From positions 27,900,001-27,964,000 of the forward strand of contig OX597834.1 in assembly GCA_951406725.2 (NCBI GenBank): 64,000 bases of DNA, in the 5' to 3' direction. Position 1 is the first letter of the stretch; every line of letters begins with the position of its first letter. Shown here piece by piece: positions 57,245 through 64,000 of this stretch. The notes beneath the pieces were generated by a model. The model ran no database searches and was not told the DNA's origin. It saw only the letters and a program-made list of their open reading frames with translations. This DNA comes from Octopus vulgaris (taxonomy: Eukaryota). The translations under genes and the position numbers were made by a program.

Positions 57245-57827
57245 ACGCTGTAGTAACGAAACTTGGACCTCGTGTTTGCGAAGCGAACTTCTTAGCCATA
57301 ATCCGTTTACTATATATATTCTTCTATCCCTCTGCCTCTCTCTCTCTCCTCTCTCTCCAGATGACCAGTGTTCGACCAAGCCTGACCTTTCTTTCATGGT
57401 TCGACTACCATCCGTGCAACATCTGCATTCCTCCCCATGTCTGTCATCTCTCATGTCCCTGCCGTAAGGCTTCACTACCACACACCAGCTTAATTTAATT
57501 CGTCCTTAGTCGAAAGACACCTTTTGTTAATGTCCTGCCATTTGCATTTGCATTTGTGTACCATTTCTCAGGGGTTTTTTTACCATCCTTGTTTTCGTAT
57601 ACATTCGCTGCTTTCTTCCAAGAAACCTAGTTCTCTTAGCTTAGTTTTTCCTTCTGGTTGGCCAGACTGTAGCAATCTCGAGTATAACCAGCCAAAATTG
57701 CAATGGTAATCTGGAACTCGCTTAAATAAAGAAATGACCCGTCCTTTATTTTTCTTGCCCTTTTTTGTATCATCTGTCTGGATATTTTGCATTCTTGTCC
57801 GATATTTTGTATTCCTTTATATATATA

Positions 57828-58562
57828 TAATATAGGATGAAGTTTTTTTTCTACAGAAAAAAAATTCCATCAAAACTATGTGGAAATTGACGATTTAATA
57901 GTCTGTTATCAGCATATTGGCATTGAAATAATTTTCTTTAGCCCTTACTTATAAGTTGTTTATAATTTTAACCGCAAAGGTATTTTAATATGCTGCCACA
58001 TTTTTTATAGAACTTTTTTTCAGTAGAAAAAAAACTTCATCCTATATTAGTAATAGACTTATTACTACTCGCTATAGGGACTGGTAACCACTATAACCTG
58101 TAATGGAGAACAGTCAACACGTTGTGCTGAGGCTGACCAAAGAATTTTATTTTTAGATATATCTGGGGTGCTTATATGTACTCATGATTTTTGCTTCGGC
58201 TTTTTCCATGGGCGCATGTAAGTATCTTATTTATATCCTTTCGTATGTTCTACTGAAAAGGAAAGAATCTTTTATGAGATTAATTCCGAAATTGATTCAA
58301 TATAGAAATAACAGGCTTTTTAAAAAAATTCTATCGGCCGGCTAGCCTGATTTCAGTTCTTTGCTTTTTCTGTAGCGAGTAAATAATATGTGGAAATTGA
58401 CGATTTAATAGTCTGTTATCAGCATATTGGCATTGAAATAATTTTCTTTAGCCCTTATTTATAAGTTGTTTATAATTTTAACCGTAAAGGTATTTTAATA
58501 TGCTGCCACATTTTTGATGGAACTTTTTTTCTGTAGAAAAAAAACTTCATCCTATATTAGTA
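57828..58562 (+). mobile_element. Penelope-like pLTR arrangement: direct repeats plus an inverted terminal copy
   Basis: Direct repeats at 57877-58052 and 58387-58562. 57828-57875 is the reverse complement of 58512-58559, and a hammerhead motif lies inside. Confidence 0.7.
58248..58307 (+). ncRNA. Hammerhead motif with G8A change
   Basis: ttcta-CTGAAAA-ggaa..aatct tttatg agatt..ttcc-GAAA-ttga t tcaa-TA-tagaa. Confidence 0.6.
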
Positions 58563-58869
58563 GTATATATATATAGTAATAGTAACTGTTTCTCATTTAA
58601 GCCCAAGGCTAACGATATTATAGAGAAGGGGTTAGTTGATACTATCTTTTTTAAGAATTTCCTGAGTCATCTGCTGTTTCATTTGCCAAACGAAATCAAT
58701 TTATATTGGTTTCAATTTTTTACTTCTACTACTACTATTTACTATTTCTTGTTTTTGTACTTTATCGATTTTTAGAATAAGGTTTTTATAGTATATGTTT
58801 TCGATATGGTGTGAATAACATCTTTCATTATTGAATTGTTTAATAGAGGTTTTTTTCTAAATTATATAT

Positions 58870-58958
<89 letters not shown>

Positions 58959-58959
<1 letters not shown>

Positions 58960-59467
58960 TAGCAGTATCGCCCGGCGTTGCTCGGGTTTGTAAGGGAAAT
59001 AACTATATAAGCATTTTTAGAGAGTTACTTCCCTTATAGATGCCAATTCCGGCTTTCTTAGCCATTTCTGTTTTGGTGTCTTCAAGCCATGAAGTCGTTG
59101 TTCTAAAAGAACGCTGGTCTCCTTGACAACGCTTTACGACGTTGATTTCCTTACACTCCCTTCCCCACAGCTTCACGAGGGAGGGAAGAAGGGGGAGAAG
59201 CAAACAGGTGCAGGTGTGACCGTGGACGCCAACTCCGCCGCCATCGACACACGAAAAATTATGCATTAAAATGGAATAAAAAATGATGTTAAATTATTTT
59301 TTAAATCGTAGACTCATCGTAGACGCGCGCTAATACTCAGACGGGCTCGATATGAATCACGATTATAAGATACCCGAATTTGGTTAAACTGCACTGCAAA
59401 ATGTGGGAGTAGTTAGGAATCTAAATCGAAGGGGACAGACACTCACACAACTACAGTTTTATATAGA
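58959..59467 (-). mobile_element. Non-autonomous Helitron
   Basis: TC...CTAG termini. The 5' part matches 50253 onward, the 3' end is shared, and there is a unique GC-richer internal segment at about 59040-59260. Confidence 0.88.
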
Positions 59468-59552
59468 TAGATATATATATATACTGTGAAATTTGATTTA
59501 GAACTGCTAAATTGAATTTTCCCTGTAAGTTTGGAATTATATTCCCTACTAT

Positions 59553-59929
59553 TACTCTTTTACTTGTTTCAGTCATTTGACTGCGGCCATGCTGGAGCAC
59601 CGCCTTCAGTCGAGCAAATCGACCCCGGGACTTATTCTTTGTAAGACCAGTACTTATTCTATCGGTCTCTTTTGTCGAACCGCTAGGTGACGGGGACGTA
59701 AACACACCAGCATCGGTTGTCAAGCAATGCTAGGGGGACAAACACAGACACGTAAACATACACACAAATACATATATACGACAGGCTTCTTTCAGTTTCC
59801 GTCTACCAAATCCACTCACAAGGCATTGGTCGGCCCGAGGCTATAGCAGAAGACACTTGCCCAAGATGCCACGCAGTGGGACTGAACCCGGAACCATGTG
59901 GTTGGTAAGCAATCTACTTACCACACAGC

Positions 59930-59931
<2 letters not shown>
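59553..59931 (-). mobile_element. SINE family A
   Basis: Near full-length match to other A copies. Confidence 0.9.
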
Positions 59932-59984
<53 letters not shown>

Positions 59985-60443
59985 GTTTCAAATTCTGGCA
60001 CAAGGCCAGCAAGTTTGTACGAGAAGGAAACTCGATTACTTAAACCCCAGTGCTCAACTGGTACTTATTTTATCGACTCCGAATGAATGAAAGGCTACGT
60101 CGAGCCTGACAGCATTTGAACGCAGAAAGTAAAGTCGGAAGAAATGTTGCTAGTCGTTTTGCCCGGCTCGGTAACGATTCTACCAGCTTGCCACCTTCCA
60201 AATGCTGTATATATCACAATGTGATTTACATACATCAGAATTACAATTCAAAAGATTTGGCGTAAGAGAAAACATGGCTGCGTTATGCGTTATCAACGTC
60301 ATGTTTACATCCCTGTTTACTTTCCGCGTCGCTAGAATCAGATAATCAAAGTCATCCATTTTCTCCCCTCGTTGAACTTTACTACAGTCATTTATTTTCA
60401 TTTTTATTTTTTTATTTACACTTCTGTCCTTTTTCTGTATTAC

Positions 60444-60599
<156 letters not shown>

Positions 60600-60600
60600 C

Positions 60601-60645
<45 letters not shown>

Positions 60646-60686
60646 CATCATTATTATTATTATTATTATCATCATCATCATCATTA

Positions 60687-60717
<31 letters not shown>

Positions 60718-60803
60718 CATCATCATCATCATCATCATCATTATTGTTATCACTATTATTATTATTATTATCATCATCATCATCATCATCATCATTATTG
60801 TTG

Positions 60804-60836
<33 letters not shown>

Positions 60837-60866
60837 TTATCATCATCATCATCATCATTATTATTA

Positions 60867-60912
<46 letters not shown>

Positions 60913-61078
60913 CATCATCATCATCATCCTCATTATTGTTATTATTATTATTATTATTATTGTTATTATTTATACATTTTTCTAATTTTTATTTTTATTT
61001 TTATATTTTATTTCCATTTTTATTTTATATTTGGCTTTCTAAAACTTATCCTGCATCATTTTTACATTATTTTCGGTA

Positions 61079-61137
<59 letters not shown>

Positions 61138-61600
61138 TTAACACTCTGTATTCAGATATTTCTTTTAACCATTCAAAGTGGACATTCCATCATTCTCTCA
61201 TAAATATTTTCTTATTTCTCTCAAAAGCCGTGATGCATTTTTTTAAATTGCTTATTCAAAGGGATTTTCAAAAAAATTTTTTAATCTTTAGAAACTAATT
61301 TCATTCATTCCTTTATGAAAAAAAAAAAGGGTAAAGATGTCCCATTTTTATAACTGCCTGAGGAGTAGAGACTTGGAACTAAGAATACTAAAAACCTCGA
61401 AGATTCAACTTCAGAATAAAAAGAACTTTAAACTCTGTTATATTCTTAGTTCTTGTATTTAAATTTAGTTCATATGCACAAGCAGCTACCTAATCATATG
61501 TATGCATTCGGATGGTGCGCGTGGAGTGGGGAGGAGGCGTGCGCGTGTGTGTGTATGCGTGCATATATATGTATATGTATATATTTAGACACACATATAT

Positions 61601-61703
61601 GTGTCTGTGGTGTACTCAGCCACTTGCAGGTTAATTTCACGAGCAGGCTAGTCCGTTGATCCGACCAACTGGAATCCTCGTCGTCGTAACAGACGGAGTG
61701 CCG
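61601..61703 (+). mobile_element. SINE tail type 1 fragment
   Basis: gtgtctgtgg...ctcagccacttgca...gacggagtgc. Confidence 0.75.
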
Positions 61704-61797
<94 letters not shown>

Positions 61798-62029
61798 TGT
61801 TATATTTCGGAATGGTCATATTGCCAGTTTAGCAAATAAAATCTTGCAAAACAAATATTTAAACGTATATATATATATATACTTACATATACATGCTAGT
61901 AATAGATGTAAATATATAACATTAAATGAGAGGATCACTGAACATTTTTTTAGGAGGAAAAAATTGACAGCGACTTCGAAATTTCTGCGCACAAGCTTTC
62001 ATTATATGTGTGTGTATGTGCGTGTGTGC

Positions 62030-62112
<83 letters not shown>

Positions 62113-62390
62113 ATTGTTAAAGAGGGCAACAAACAGTAAGATAAGGCAAACATCTCCCTTATATACATTATTATTGAAAGTAATAAGACTTGAGACGTTT
62201 GCTTTGCCCTAACATTTGTTGTCCCCTTTAACAACTATATATCCGCTATATCGGAAACTTGCAATGGCCCCATAACTGCCGTCTCGGTTACAACCTTGGA
62301 GCCCTAGTAATCCGTTACACCACGTACCTAGCGTATCTAATCGTTTGGATTACCTATGAACTAAACCCCCATACTTTGTGTATATATATA

Positions 62391-62621
62391 TATTTCTTTA
62401 CTACCCACAAGGGGCCAAACACAGAGGGGACAAACAAGGACAGACATAGGTATTAAGTCGATTACATCGACCCCAGTGCGTAACTGGTACTTTATTTATA
62501 GACCCCGAAAGGATGAAAGACAAAGTCGACCTCGGCGGAATTTGAACTCAGAACGTAGCGGCAGACGAAATACGGCAACGCATTTCGCCCGGCGTGCTAA
62601 CGTTTCTGCCAGCTCGCCGCC
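62391..62621 (-). mobile_element. SINE family C, full length
   Basis: Reverse-complement match to 17755-17984. Confidence 0.9.
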
Positions 62622-62623
62622 TT

Positions 62624-62680
<57 letters not shown>

Positions 62681-62766
62681 ATGTGTGTGTGTGTGTATCA
62701 ATTTGGAGTCAGTGATATCCGCACAGAGATATACGTCTAAGTGATACGATGATCCGGATTTGAACA

Positions 62767-62799
<33 letters not shown>

Positions 62800-63013
62800 T
62801 TATACACAGTCACATCCACCCACATGCACAGGCAGACAGACAAACACACAAACACGAAAATACATACATGTAAGGCGAAAAAGCATGGAACTGCGAAGTT
62901 ACTGTCTACATTGAAACAGTAAAATAAACATATACTCTACTGAAAAGCATTGGATAATCTTTCCGTTTAATATTAGATTGTTTTTATATAATTTAATATA
63001 AAACTATGCATAC

Positions 63014-63076
<63 letters not shown>

Positions 63077-63329
63077 GTGTGCATGTGTGCGTTTATATCT
63101 TCATACATGTACGTATATGTAAATATACGTGTGTAAATGTGTTATATGTACAATTATACAATATACATACATATATATTTATATATATAAGCTTGTATAT
63201 TTGAAGATATATATATATATATATATGTATGTAAGTATATCAGAAAACATTTTGGTAAGTTATATAAGGAAATTATTACTACTTGTATCTTTTATATGAG
63301 ATCAGGAAAGCTATGTTTTAAATGACGAG

Positions 63330-63470
63330 GGAAGAAGAAGAAGAAGAAGATGAAGAAGAAGATGAAGAAGAAGATGAAGAAGAAGAAGTTGAAGAAGAAG
63401 AAGAAGTTGAAGAAGAAGAAGAAGAAGAAGAAGAAGAAGAAGAAGAAGAAGAAGAAGAAGAAGAAGAAGA
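63330..63470. repeat. (GAA)n microsatellite
   Basis: Direct reading of the sequence. Confidence 0.95.
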
Positions 63471-64000
63471 ATCAAAACTTAAGGAGCGGAAGAGAGAGAG
63501 AGACGCGGTAAAAAAAAAGAAAGAGAGAAATAAATAAAGAACAGAAAAGAAAAGAAAGAAGCAAACTATAATAAAACAAGAAAACAAACGCAATAACAAG
63601 CACAAGAACAGCAATAATAACAACAACAACAACAAAAAATTACTATGATAGACGAAGGAAGAGATCAAAGGAAATAATATTGACTAAAGTCTTGTTATAT
63701 AAACAGCAATTGATGATAGGATCAGACGAGACCTGCTCTCACTGAATTCTGTCTTTCCTATAGAAAGCTCTGGATGTTTTCGCCAGCAGCCATTACTGTG
63801 TCAGTCACGTCTCCTGAATTGGCAAATGTTTCCTGATTTTTACATGAATCAATTTATGGTTTTATGCATCAATTTTACACGAGAGATCATTGTCTAATTG
63901 GTGTTATAATCAACACTGAAACAATGGGTGTTGGAAAGAGCCTAAGACGTATCGCTTTAAATTCATCACAGCAGACGACATAGGAGAGGAAACAATATGG

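Noticed and set aside
63322-63537. Poly-Glu ORF
   Set aside because: It is a (GAA)n microsatellite.

Overview
AT-rich, microsatellite-saturated animal genomic DNA. The tRNA-derived SINE repertoire and repeat style suggest a coleoid cephalopod, most likely octopus; this is an inference. Nearly all ORFs in the track are translations of simple repeats. Interspersed repeats include four SINE head types with exchangeable tails, three related non-autonomous Helitrons, and decayed fragments of mariner, Tc1, piggyBac, Chapaev3-like, RTE, R4/Dong and Penelope-like elements. Gene evidence is limited to a protein-like minus-strand terminal exon (6735-7062), a candidate minus-strand first coding exon (38057-38090) and a probable divergent promoter near 38.5 kb. 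The most striking unexplained signal is a set of at least six, and up to about ten, type I hammerhead-ribozyme motifs in short unique islands, mostly within or beside (TA)n tracts. One is a 362-nt tandem unit with a covarying U3-A8 core that could release a retrozyme-like RNA. All structures were read by eye and none has been computed or searched.
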